Shown here piece after piece: positions 20,727 to 30,665 of a stretch of 64,000 bases of DNA. The stretch is from Candidatus Bathyarchaeia archaeon (lineage in GTDB: Archaea > Thermoproteota > Bathyarchaeia > Bathyarchaeales > Bathycorpusculaceae), in the NCBI GenBank assembly GCA_049516875.1, contig JBEKSS010000001.1:1-64000 (forward strand), written 5' to 3'. The notes under the pieces were generated by a model. It did no database searches. It saw only the letters and a list, made by a program, of their open reading frames with translations, and was not told the DNA's origin. Each line of letters starts with the position of its first letter. The first letter of the stretch is position 1. The position numbers were made by a program, and so were the translations under genes.

Positions 20727-22067
20727 ATGTCCAAGAAAACATTGCACATAGGACTGGACGATACAGACTCAACGAGAAAGGGTTGCACAACATACGTTGC
20801 CGCCCTGCTTGTAGAGAAACTGCAGAAGCTCAGTGCCAGCTTCATCGATTATCCAAGCCTGATTAGGCTAAATCCTAACGTGCCGTGGAAAACCAGAGGA
20901 AACGGGGCGCTGTGCCTCAGAATAGAATACGACGAAAACGCTGAGAACGAAATAAAAGAGACAACCATATCCACGGTTGAAGAAAACGCAGATTTGGAGT
21001 TCAGAGGAACAGACCCGGGTGTCGTCTTCTTTAAAAAAGCGAAAATCCCGAAGGAACTCAGAGTTTTTGCAGAGCATGCTATAACGGGAATCGTGACACT
21101 GAAGGACGCATCAAGACTTTTGACGAAATTCAACGGAGAAGCCATTGGCTTCAAGAATGGCAGAGGAATCATAGGCAGCCTGGCAGCCATCGGTGAAACG
21201 CTTCAAGGAGACTGCACCTACGAGATTCTTGCGTATCGAATTCCAGAAAATTACGGACTGAAACGGAGAGTGGACGAAGCATCAATCATTAAGATGGACA
21301 AGGCAACGGCCCCGTACACCTTCAACAACGTCGACACGGAAAGAAACAGAGTCATCATAACGCCTCGAGGACCAGACCCGATTCTCTTCGGCATCCGAGG
21401 TGAAACCCCAGAAATCGTGAAGAAAGCATTCGAAATGGTCAGTCCCCTCGAATCGGTTGAAAGATGGCTCATTTTCCGCACGAACCAAGGAACCGACGCA
21501 CATCTCAGACGAATCAATGATCTTAGCCAGCTGAGACCATACAGTTCAGTGATTGCAAAGGGAATTGTAGCAGCGAACCCGAAGATGATTCGTGGAAGAC
21601 ACATCATTTTTCCAATCAGAGACGAGAGTGCCCAGGCTGACTGCGCCGCATATGAACCAAGCGGTGTTTTAAGCCGTGTCGCGAGACAACTGATCTGTGG
21701 AGACTGTATACAGGTTTATGGCAGTGTCCGGGTTCCTTCACACGGAAGGCCTTTGACGATAAACCTCGAAAAGATCCGATTGCTGAAAGTGACCCCAAAG
21801 ATCGTTTATCAAAATCCAATCTGTCCAAAATGTGGCAAACGCCTGAAATCAATGGGTAAGAACAAAGGTTTCAGATGCGAAAAATGCGGGCTGAGAGATA
21901 CCAGCGTCGGAAAGGTTGAGGTCAGGATGAAACGTGAGATAAAGAGAGGCCTGTACATAACCTCAACCAGATCTCAGAGACACTTAACCAAGCCGTTTGT
22001 CCGTTACGGAATGGAAAAACGTCACGGAAAAGATGAAAGGTTGATTGAAAACTGGCATTTTCCTTAG
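20727..22067 (+). CDS. tiaS: tRNA(Ile2) agmatinylcytidine synthetase
   Basis: IGLDDTDS, RLNPNVPWKTRGNGA, DPILFGIRG, TNQGTD, C-terminal Zn ribbon. Confidence 0.96.
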   Translation: MSKKTLHIGLDDTDSTRKGCTTYVAALLVEKLQKLSASFIDYPSLIRLNPNVPWKTRGNGALCLRIEYDENAENEIKETTISTVEENADLEFRGTDPGVVFFKKAKIPKELRVFAEHAITGIVTLKDASRLLTKFNGEAIGFKNGRGIIGSLAAIGETLQGDCTYEILAYRIPENYGLKRRVDEASIIKMDKATAPYTFNNVDTERNRVIITPRGPDPILFGIRGETPEIVKKAFEMVSPLESVERWLIFRTNQGTDAHLRRINDLSQLRPYSSVIAKGIVAANPKMIRGRHIIFPIRDESAQADCAAYEPSGVLSRVARQLICGDCIQVYGSVRVPSHGRPLTINLEKIRLLKVTPKIVYQNPICPKCGKRLKSMGKNKGFRCEKCGLRDTSVGKVEVRMKREIKRGLYITSTRSQRHLTKPFVRYGMEKRHGKDERLIENWHFP

Positions 22068-22294
22068 GCTTTTTCGTCTCTCACCTTGAAGATTTCGCAC
22101 AGCATCTGATACAGTTCGTCACCGCCTTCGACCTTTGAGAAAAGATCCTTTTCCGCCTTGAGGATACGTCCCATGGTTTGATACGTCTGTCGCCACTCCA
22201 GCTCTCTCCACATCAAACTGTAGTTTCTCAGTTCGAGCCATGCACGGAAAATCAAAACGGTGAACATGCCCAAAGTAAGTGCGAGGTTCAACAC
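22064..22294 (-). CDS. Small hypothetical membrane protein; start may lie a few codons upstream
   Basis: Single N-terminal hydrophobic helix; GGAGGTG RBS upstream on the minus strand. Confidence 0.65.
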   Translation of the reverse strand: MLNLALTLGMFTVLIFRAWLELRNYSLMWRELEWRQTYQTMGRILKAEKDLFSKVEGGDELYQMLCEIFKVRDEKA

Positions 22295-22572
22295 GTAAAT
22301 GTCGAATACATCCGTGACTTTTCACCTCCCGCCTGTCTTTTGCTATGATGAGCTTATAGTCAAACACTTTTAAATCAAACGCGTGTTGGCACGAACCAAA
22401 GACAAGCTCACGCTAGTTTACTGTTTCATCGACGCGCGCTCGCCAAGAGCGTGGCGGATGTCTGGCAAGGAGAATATGTAGACGACGGGGAAGAATAGGC
22501 AGCGAAATGGTTTAAATTCCCGTGTTTTGTTAATCTTTTGAAAATCGGGTCAAAGTTTGGAGTGTTTATGAT

Positions 22573-25368
22573 TTGCAGCGGTTTCCAGCAGAGGAGTACA
22601 ACCTTCCGTTTTTCAAAGAACACAGCTACGTTAGAAAATTGTGCCCCAAGTGCGGCGAGTATTTCTGGACACAGCTTCCAAGTCAGAAGACATGCGGAGA
22701 AGCAAATTCAGAAGGATGCGCATCATACACTTTCATAGACAATTCACCCACAAACAAAAAGTATAATCTGCACGAGATGCGTGAAGCATTTCTCTCGTTC
22801 TTTGAGAAAAACGGTCATGCGCGCATAAAGCCTTACCCAGTGGTGGCAAGATGGAGAGATGACATCTACCTCACCCATGCGAGCATAATTGATTTTCAGC
22901 CATACGTCACTGACGGGATTGCTCCTCCGCCAGCAAATCCGCTGGTAATCTCTCAACCTTGTATACGCCTGGTGGACATAGATAACACGGGTCCCACTTT
23001 TGGGAGACACTTAACGATTTTTGAGATGGGTGGAGCGCACGCGTTTAACTATCCAGACAAAGAGGTGTACTGGAAAGACCAGACCGTCAGGTATCAGCAC
23101 GATTTCGTTACAGGAGTTTTGGGCGTTAAATCTGAAGAAATCGTGTACAAGGAGGAAGTCTGGTGTGGTGGAGGAAACGCAGGACCGTGCGTCGAATCCA
23201 TCATCAGAGGTTTGGAAGTGGACACCCTCGTTTTCATGCAGTTCAAAGTGGTCAACAGTGACTTCGTCAAGTTGCCGATTCGCACAGTTGACACGGGCTA
23301 CGGCATAGACCGTTACGCATGGCTTTCTCAAGGCGCACCCAGCGGTTTCCACGCGATTTACGGCGATTTACTTGAGAAAGTCTTCAAGATGGCAGGCATA
23401 ACCAGAATCAACGACGAACTTCTGAAAAGAGTAGCAGAAGCCTCAGGCCTCGTGAACTTGGACAAGATGGCGAGCAGAGTCGAAACTAGAAAAAAAGAAG
23501 CAGAGTTAGCAGGGATAAGCGTGGATGACCTAGACAAGTTTGTAACCCCGATTGAGAACGCTTTCGCGGTTGCAGACCACACTAAGTGTTTGAGTTTTAT
23601 ACTTTCCGAGGGCGTGGTTCCTTCAAACATTCAAGAAGGCTACTTGGCTCGCCTCATTTTCCGCCGAGTCTACCGACTGCTAAGGATGCTGGGCATATCC
23701 GACAAGCTTTACGACATCATGGACATGCAGGTGAACCTGTGGTCCAAGGACTATCCTCACCTGAAGGAGATGCGAAACGATATAACGGAAATGCTCAAGG
23801 TCGAAGAAGAGAAATTCGACGAAACCATCAAGCGTGGCGAAGGGATGGTCAAGCGCATCTCAAGCGAACTGAAAAAAGAAGGAAAGAAGACTATTCCTGT
23901 AGAAACGTTGACGGAGCTTTATGATTCTCACGGGTTGCCGCCCGAGATCGTCAAACAAACTGCAGAAAAGGAGGACTTCAACGTGGAACTCCCCGAGAAT
24001 TTCTACACTTTGATTGCGCAAAGGCACATGCAGGTCTCAAAACCCGTGGAAGAAGAAGCCAAGTTCGAACAAGAGTTGAAGACGGAAGTCGCTGAGCTCC
24101 CTGCAACGGTAGCGCTGTACTATCAGGATCAGTACATGAAGGAGTTTGAAGCAAACGTTCTGAAAGTGGTCAACAAGGAGTTTGTTGTGCTCGACAAGAC
24201 GTGCTTCTTCCCCGAAGGGGGCGGACAACCTGCAGACAGCGGACACTTCGCGTTCGGCGGCAAAAAGGCCGAAGTAGTTGATGTTCAAAAAGTCGGCAAG
24301 GTGATTGTTCACAAGGTGAAAGGCGACGTTCCGAAAGAAGGCAACGTGGTCAAAGGAGCCATTGCATGGGAAAAACGCTACAGCCTCATGAAGAATCACA
24401 CCGCAACCCACGTGGTAGGCGGGGCTGCAAGACGCGTTCTAGGTCAGCATGTTTGGCAGTACGGAACGCAGAAGGGCATCGAAACTTCCAGACTTGACAT
24501 CTCTCATTACCACAGATTAACGTTGGAAGAACTGCACAAGATAGAGACTCTGGCGAATGAGGCTGTTCTGCGAAACATTCAGGTTGAAACCACGTGGATG
24601 CCCAGGAACGACGCTGAAAGTCTTTATGGCTTCAGGCTTTACCAAGGCGGGGCAGTGCCAGGCAAAGAAATCCGAGTTGTGAGAATCGGAGATTGGGACG
24701 TTGAAGCCTGCGCTGGGACGCATCTGAAAGGCACAGGCGAGATTGGTTTTCTAAAAATCATCCATTCAGAGAGAGTCCAAGACGGGGTCGAAAGGCTCGT
24801 CTATTCAATCGGAATCCCAGCGGTCAAGGCTGTTCAGAAAAACGAAGAATTACTTGTCAAAGTGTCTGAAACGTTGAACGCTCCTCTTGAAAAGCTGGAC
24901 AAGACGGCGGAGAAGCTGGTGAAGGAGTTGAAGGAAGCGAACGCTGAGAGGAGAAGGCTGGTTAAAGAAATAGCGGTTCAAGACAGTGTCAAGCTGGAGG
25001 ACGAGGTTGAGGCGGTGGAAAACAAGGAGATTGCGGGCGTCAAACTCGTAATCCGGGATTTTCATGAATCCATTGAGGTTGACCGAATGGTTCAAACAGC
25101 AACCGAGATTATTAAACGGGACGAGGCAGTGGTCACTGTGTTTTATGGATCAGACGGGAAAAACGCGAGAATAATGGTTATGGCTGGAAAAATCGCCCTT
25201 GAAAAGGGAGTAAATGCTAACGAGGTAGTCAAGGAATCAGCAGCAATCATCGGCGGCGGGGGAGGCGGAAGACCCAGCTTTGCTCAGGGAGGCGGAACAC
25301 GAACAGAAAGACTGCCTGAAGCAATAAAAAAAGCCGAAGAAACCGTGAGAAAAAAGTTGAAACACTGA
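22573..25368 (+). CDS. alaS: Alanine--tRNA ligase (archaeal type)
   Basis: PYPVVARWR, QPCIR, VDTGYG, ADHTK, editing HTATH...CAGTH, GGGGGRPSFAQGGG. Confidence 0.98.
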   Translation: MQRFPAEEYNLPFFKEHSYVRKLCPKCGEYFWTQLPSQKTCGEANSEGCASYTFIDNSPTNKKYNLHEMREAFLSFFEKNGHARIKPYPVVARWRDDIYLTHASIIDFQPYVTDGIAPPPANPLVISQPCIRLVDIDNTGPTFGRHLTIFEMGGAHAFNYPDKEVYWKDQTVRYQHDFVTGVLGVKSEEIVYKEEVWCGGGNAGPCVESIIRGLEVDTLVFMQFKVVNSDFVKLPIRTVDTGYGIDRYAWLSQGAPSGFHAIYGDLLEKVFKMAGITRINDELLKRVAEASGLVNLDKMASRVETRKKEAELAGISVDDLDKFVTPIENAFAVADHTKCLSFILSEGVVPSNIQEGYLARLIFRRVYRLLRMLGISDKLYDIMDMQVNLWSKDYPHLKEMRNDITEMLKVEEEKFDETIKRGEGMVKRISSELKKEGKKTIPVETLTELYDSHGLPPEIVKQTAEKEDFNVELPENFYTLIAQRHMQVSKPVEEEAKFEQELKTEVAELPATVALYYQDQYMKEFEANVLKVVNKEFVVLDKTCFFPEGGGQPADSGHFAFGGKKAEVVDVQKVGKVIVHKVKGDVPKEGNVVKGAIAWEKRYSLMKNHTATHVVGGAARRVLGQHVWQYGTQKGIETSRLDISHYHRLTLEELHKIETLANEAVLRNIQVETTWMPRNDAESLYGFRLYQGGAVPGKEIRVVRIGDWDVEACAGTHLKGTGEIGFLKIIHSERVQDGVERLVYSIGIPAVKAVQKNEELLVKVSETLNAPLEKLDKTAEKLVKELKEANAERRRLVKEIAVQDSVKLEDEVEAVENKEIAGVKLVIRDFHESIEVDRMVQTATEIIKRDEAVVTVFYGSDGKNARIMVMAGKIALEKGVNANEVVKESAAIIGGGGGGRPSFAQGGGTRTERLPEAIKKAEETVRKKLKH

Positions 25369-25473
25369 CAAAACAATCCTACAAGTCTCCAACGTCCAGA
25401 CTCGACTCGCTTCTAGGTGGCACAATCTCCTGAACAGGTTAAAAGCGCGCGTTTGCTGTGATTGTGTGAGGAT

Positions 25474-26148
25474 TCAACTCTCTTGCTTCAGTCTGCCATC
25501 CTGCATAGTGCAGACTAAGTCTGCGGCGTCGATTATTTTTTCGTCGTGTGTTGCCACAACTATCGTGGTTTTCTCGTGTTCGTTTATTTCCTGAAGAAGA
25601 CTGATTATTTCTTTGGCTGTTTTTGAGTCGAGTTCTCCGGTGGGCTCGTCGGCAATGATTATTTCCGGCTTGTTTGCAAGAGCCCTTGCGATGGCCACGC
25701 GCTGCATCTCGCCCATGCTCAACTGTTTCGGCCTGTGATTGCCCCTCTGCGTCAGCCCTACGATCTCGAGAAGCTTCACTGCTCTTTCCCACTGCTCTTT
25801 CTGGGACTTGTTGGCTAATGACATAGGCAATTCAACGTTCTCCAGAGCGTTGAGCGTGGGAAAAAGGTTGAACGTCTGAAAAACGAATCCAATGCGCGTG
25901 TTGCGGATTCTTCTGCGCTCACTACCGGATAGTCGCGAAGCGTCAACATCATCGATGAAGATTTCTCCTGAGGTTGGATAATCGTTCAACCCGATGAGGT
26001 TGAGCAATGTGGATTTGCCTGAGCCTGAAGGGCCGATAATAGCTATTAGTATTGGCTTGCTGATTTCCAAGCTCACCGCTTTGACGGCTGCTATTTCAGA
26101 CGCGCCCACTCGGAAAGATCTTGTTAGGTTCACTGTTCGAATCTTCAT
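25474..26148 (-). CDS. ABC transporter ATP-binding protein, LolD/MacB type
   Basis: GPSGSGKST, LSMGEMQRVAIARAL, ADEPTGELD. Confidence 0.93.
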   Translation of the reverse strand: MKIRTVNLTRSFRVGASEIAAVKAVSLEISKPILIAIIGPSGSGKSTLLNLIGLNDYPTSGEIFIDDVDASRLSGSERRRIRNTRIGFVFQTFNLFPTLNALENVELPMSLANKSQKEQWERAVKLLEIVGLTQRGNHRPKQLSMGEMQRVAIARALANKPEIIIADEPTGELDSKTAKEIISLLQEINEHEKTTIVVATHDEKIIDAADLVCTMQDGRLKQES

Positions 26149-27326
26149 CAGTATTCCGCTCTCAGGACTTCGGCTATACGCATTCTCATAGCGTTTAACG
26201 CAGGGATTATTCCCCCTAGACAGCACACGCTGACGATGGCTGCAAACATTTCCAGCATGTAAATGGGCGGCACGATTTCCAGGATACTGGGAAAGAACAG
26301 TGTAACAGGGATGCTCGTGTAGAGGCTTGCCAAGACGATGGCCGTGAGGGAACCGAAGGCTATGCCTATGACCCCACCCAAGACTCCCATTAGAAAAGTT
26401 TCTATGATAACCACTCGGAACACGTAGCTTGTTGGAGCGCCCATGGCGTCCAGGGTTGCGAAGTCACGGCGTCTCTCTGAGACGCTCATAATAGTAACGG
26501 TCATGACGAGGATTAAGCTGATGACGAAGACCACTACTTCTATGCCGATGGTCCATGTTTGTACCTGCTCTAGGACGGGCTGAACGATGTCGTTCCTCTC
26601 AGTTTCTGTCAAGGCATTGACGTAACCTATTTTTTCTTTTATGGCCACGGTCAAGTTCTGCTGCGGCATGCTTTGAAGAGGCTTGACTGCGATTATGTTT
26701 ACGCTTTGGGGATAATTGTAAACTAGCTGCGCGAGTGTGAGGGGCATAACTAGACAGCGATTCAACAAGGCCATCTTGGTGTCGAAGACGCCTGAGACGC
26801 GTAGAGTGTAGCCGTTTACTTGTATCTCAGCATTCACAGTCCAGTTATATTGATCTGCGAGGGAGGCGCCGGCCACGATTTCGTTGCTTGAATCGTTTGC
26901 GGGAAAATGTCCGTTTGCCCTTAGCGGTACGGGTCCAAGAACGATATTCCAATCTTCAACGGGTATGCCCATCGAAAAGTTTACTGGAACAGCCTGGATC
27001 AGTGCTTGAGATCCTACCGACGTGACAAACAGGACTGGCGTTACAGTGCTTACCCCTGGAATGCTCAGTATTTTTTCCACTGTTGAACCTTGTGGCAGCA
27101 TACCACCAGTGACTGGAATTGCTTGGATTACGATAGCGTCTTTGCTTACCACGGTGACTTGGCCGTTGAAGAGCACGTTCATCTCTCGTATCACCGCTGT
27201 GTACCGCATAGTGGTGGAGCCCACGGCGATGACGAATGTTGCCGCGATTGCCACTCCCAGTATGCACAGGGCTGTTCTGATTTTTCTTCGAAACAGGTTT
27301 CTGGAGCAGAACGTAAGCAGCCGCGT
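26148..27326 (-). CDS. ABC transporter permease, MacB/FtsX type (likely non-canonical ACG start at 27326)
   Basis: RNLFRRKIRTALCILGVAIA N-terminal motif lies upstream of the track's GTG; MSVSERRRDFATLDAMGA FtsX motif. Confidence 0.88.
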   Translation of the reverse strand, partial: TRLLTFCSRNLFRRKIRTALCILGVAIAATFVIAVGSTTMRYTAVIREMNVLFNGQVTVVSKDAIVIQAIPVTGGMLPQGSTVEKILSIPGVSTVTPVLFVTSVGSQALIQAVPVNFSMGIPVEDWNIVLGPVPLRANGHFPANDSSNEIVAGASLADQYNWTVNAEIQVNGYTLRVSGVFDTKMALLNRCLVMPLTLAQLVYNYPQSVNIIAVKPLQSMPQQNLTVAIKEKIGYVNALTETERNDIVQPVLEQVQTWTIGIEVVVFVISLILVMTVTIMSVSERRRDFATLDAMGAPTSYVFRVVIIETFLMGVLGGVIGIAFGSLTAIVLASLYTSIPVTLFFPSILEIVPPIYMLEMFAAIVSVCCLGGIIPALNAMRMRIAEVLRAEY

Positions 27327-27422
27327 TTCGATCCCTGAACGATTAGTCTTGTATGAAAACTATATAAGCGTTGGCAACGCATGATTGTAATGTAAAGTGC
27401 AAGTTCAAATGGGGAAAGGAAA

Positions 27423-30400
27423 ATGAAAATCAACAAGTTTTTGACCCTATCCGCAGTATTTCTTCTGTTAGTCTCAACTTTCACTGTGATTTGCAGATCC
27501 AGCGTAGCTGTTCAGATGCCTGCTGAAGCAACTTTGACTGGACACATTCTGGATCGGGGCGTTGACACCGACGGCAACGGACTGTACGACTACTTGGAAG
27601 TTGACGTGGAAATCAACGTGACCGTCGCCGACAACTTTGAATTAAGCGCTAACCAGCTTCTGGAGGGCAGCGTAATCGTTGGAATTGGCACGAGCGTTCC
27701 CGTCTACGCTTCCAGCCAAGGCTTTCTCGACATTGGCATTCACTATCTGAACGTGTCCTTCAGTGGTCCCATGATTTTCAGCTCGGGGCTGAGCATCCAA
27801 AAAGTGGGTACGATCCAGCTTTACAGTACTAGCAACTATTACTACGAGTATCAGGACGGCATTAACGATGTTCCCTTGTCGAGAGTTTACAACTATGCTG
27901 AATTTGATCCTCATGCCTTCTTGACTGGACACATTATGGACCACGGTGTGGACACTGATGGTGATGGCCTATTCAATTATCTCCAAGTCGGTATAGAATT
28001 CAATGTGACTCAGACCGGACATTACCAAGTCAGTGCTGAGGGGCTGATAGAGAAAAATGGAACCATGACGAAAAACTACTTTTTCGATTACCAGTATGAT
28101 GAAGGAAACTTCACTGTTGGCATTCACACAGTCTACATGAATTTCTCAGGTTCCGGAATTGTTTCCCAGCATTTGAACCCGACAGATGTCTACTACATAC
28201 AAATTTATGACATTACTAACCAGCTTCAGACAAGTTGGCTTGATGCCGCACCTCTCTCGAAGCAATACAACTACACGCTTTTCAACGCACCCTCACAGGA
28301 CATCAAAGTCAACTTCAAAGTCTACCCAGACGCCACAGTTGCGGTGGACGGGGGGCTCAATTTCACGCACATGTACCCAGAAAACACGTATGAACCCCTC
28401 ATGAACGCGACGATGGGCTTTTCGACAACTGGGAACGTGACGACGGAAACCTCCAACGGCACAATTGTCTTTCCAGAGAACACATATTCGAACTACAAAG
28501 CAATCGAAGCGCATGCACGCTCGGTCTACGAGAATGGGCTCGAAAATGACACTGTCAACGCTTCCATGATATTGACGCCGGAAGAAGCTGGATATTACCC
28601 GTTCAACAAGACAGACGTCAACCTTATCGCCGCATACTCCGGAGGCCTGTTTGACGTAACTATCAGCGGGCAAACGATGATACCCACTATTTACAGCACC
28701 GTTTTTCCATTTAACATGTCGGACGCGACGGTTCGCGCGGATTTCGATGGAACAAAACTTGGAGGAAACATCACTTTCCACGCGATTCCAGGATTCCCGT
28801 TTGCCGACATCAGGTTGGACTTCAACGGCAACAGGAGCAACCTTCAGTTCACGGGTAACATCAACATCACCTATGCAAGTTATGACGGCCTCCAGATAAA
28901 CGAAACCATATTAGACCAGACGCTCGCTGACCTAACCGGCAACATTACTGGACGGGGACCAAGTTCGCTCTACGACATGACTTGGGGTTACCTAGAATGT
29001 ACCAATTTGAACGTCACAAAGACGCCGTGGTCGAACCCGACTCTTGGAGCGGATGTGGAGTACGACGCTACTGTTGTCGGCAATTTCACGGGAGCTATAG
29101 CCCGAATGATGTTTCCCCCAGGATCTCCGATGGATGAAATGCAGCAGTTTGCATACGCATCCTTGGAGTCAGCCGCCTCCTCGGTTAGAAACGCATCTCT
29201 CGTGCTCAGTTATTATCACAACTCTGGAATAGCGCAGGTAGACCTGCATTTGACGAGTGACGTGCAAGCTCTGTGCGAAGACCTTCTTCTTTTGGGCCCA
29301 CCCGCGGCACCTCCTTCAATTTCTGGTATGCCCTTAGAGAAAACACAGGTCGAAGCATGGCTCAAGATTGCCAACGCCACGGCTTACGCACTTACAGACG
29401 CAGGTGTCAACGCCTCCTACTCGAGCGCTGACCGGAAAATGTCTGTGTACGCTTGGCTTTCAGCCAACGCGAGCCAGTTGAAAAACGATGTCATTCCCGT
29501 CTTGCCAGACGCGACGCCGCCAGACATGCATGACCTCGTCGAATCCTACCTTAACACTACCTACTGCACCTTGAACTCTTCGATAATGACGTTTGACATG
29601 GTGAACGGCACGGCGACCTTTGCTTCAGAAGTGACTATGCAAGGCGATTTTGAAGCTGAACTGAACCACGAGAAGGATTTCTTGATAGCGGCCATGTTTT
29701 CGCCACCGTCAACCAGCCTATTGAAACCCAGACCCCCACCATTGATGACACCCGTACCTTGGGAGTTTCGCCTGCTCAACGACACTGAGATAAACATCAA
29801 CAATTTCCAAGCAGAGTTTGAGTTGGGACAAGACTGGATGCACGCGAACTTCAGCGGACTGATTCTCAAACCTCAAGCTGACAACATAGATTTCGTAAGG
29901 TTCAAACTCGAGAATTGGTTAGACATGTCGACTGACTCGAGCGCTCCACCGCTTGACTTTGAAAAATTCACTATTACAGTTACTGGAGCGTCAAACGCCA
30001 ACCAGACAGTTCTGCTCTTCCAACCGTCCGACGTGCCTGCTCCAGACCAATGCTCTGCAGACAGTAGAAGCATGGTTTGGAACAACGCGTCCCTCAGTAG
30101 CCTGAAAGACCTGATGTTCCTAATAGCATACCAAAAACAAATCAGTTACAACGGAGGCAACTACGACATTCCAATATTCACGAACTCTACAGTGACAAGC
30201 TTCGACTTTGCTCCAGACGCCAAGAAGATAACGTTTAACGTCACTGGGCCAACGGGCACAGGATTCTGCAATGTAACGATTCCGAAGACCCTGCTCAACG
30301 CGAGCACGCTCAACGATTGGACCGTCACGTTTGACGGAGAACCCTTGACTCAAGGAGATTTCCAGATCACAGAAAACGCTGAATACGTGTTCGTGTACCT

Positions 30401-30614
30401 GAATTACACCCACTCGCAACACGTGATTGCCATACAAGCCACCTGGATAGTCGCAGAGTATCAGCCAGATCTGTTGCCGTTAGCCTTGATAATCCCACTC
30501 ATCATCGTAGCCATAATAGTCGTCAAACAAAGAAGAAAACTCGAACCCCTGAAAACCAAATGCCGCCAGACGCTGAGCACGCTTTCATCAATAGTTCGGC
30601 AACCCAGAAGCTGA
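27423..30614 (+). CDS. Large secreted cell-surface glycoprotein with C-terminal TM anchor
   Basis: Signal peptide; two DTDG(N/D)GL repeat domains; many NxS/T sequons; C-terminal IVAEY + TM + KQRRK. Confidence 0.85.
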   Translation: MKINKFLTLSAVFLLLVSTFTVICRSSVAVQMPAEATLTGHILDRGVDTDGNGLYDYLEVDVEINVTVADNFELSANQLLEGSVIVGIGTSVPVYASSQGFLDIGIHYLNVSFSGPMIFSSGLSIQKVGTIQLYSTSNYYYEYQDGINDVPLSRVYNYAEFDPHAFLTGHIMDHGVDTDGDGLFNYLQVGIEFNVTQTGHYQVSAEGLIEKNGTMTKNYFFDYQYDEGNFTVGIHTVYMNFSGSGIVSQHLNPTDVYYIQIYDITNQLQTSWLDAAPLSKQYNYTLFNAPSQDIKVNFKVYPDATVAVDGGLNFTHMYPENTYEPLMNATMGFSTTGNVTTETSNGTIVFPENTYSNYKAIEAHARSVYENGLENDTVNASMILTPEEAGYYPFNKTDVNLIAAYSGGLFDVTISGQTMIPTIYSTVFPFNMSDATVRADFDGTKLGGNITFHAIPGFPFADIRLDFNGNRSNLQFTGNINITYASYDGLQINETILDQTLADLTGNITGRGPSSLYDMTWGYLECTNLNVTKTPWSNPTLGADVEYDATVVGNFTGAIARMMFPPGSPMDEMQQFAYASLESAASSVRNASLVLSYYHNSGIAQVDLHLTSDVQALCEDLLLLGPPAAPPSISGMPLEKTQVEAWLKIANATAYALTDAGVNASYSSADRKMSVYAWLSANASQLKNDVIPVLPDATPPDMHDLVESYLNTTYCTLNSSIMTFDMVNGTATFASEVTMQGDFEAELNHEKDFLIAAMFSPPSTSLLKPRPPPLMTPVPWEFRLLNDTEININNFQAEFELGQDWMHANFSGLILKPQADNIDFVRFKLENWLDMSTDSSAPPLDFEKFTITVTGASNANQTVLLFQPSDVPAPDQCSADSRSMVWNNASLSSLKDLMFLIAYQKQISYNGGNYDIPIFTNSTVTSFDFAPDAKKITFNVTGPTGTGFCNVTIPKTLLNASTLNDWTVTFDGEPLTQGDFQITENAEYVFVYLNYTHSQHVIAIQATWIVAEYQPDLLPLALIIPLIIVAIIVVKQRRKLEPLKTKCRQTLSTLSSIVRQPRS

Positions 30615-30665
30615 CTCTCCTCTTCCACCTTTTTTGCGTACTATTACACTCTGAAAGTCATTCTA

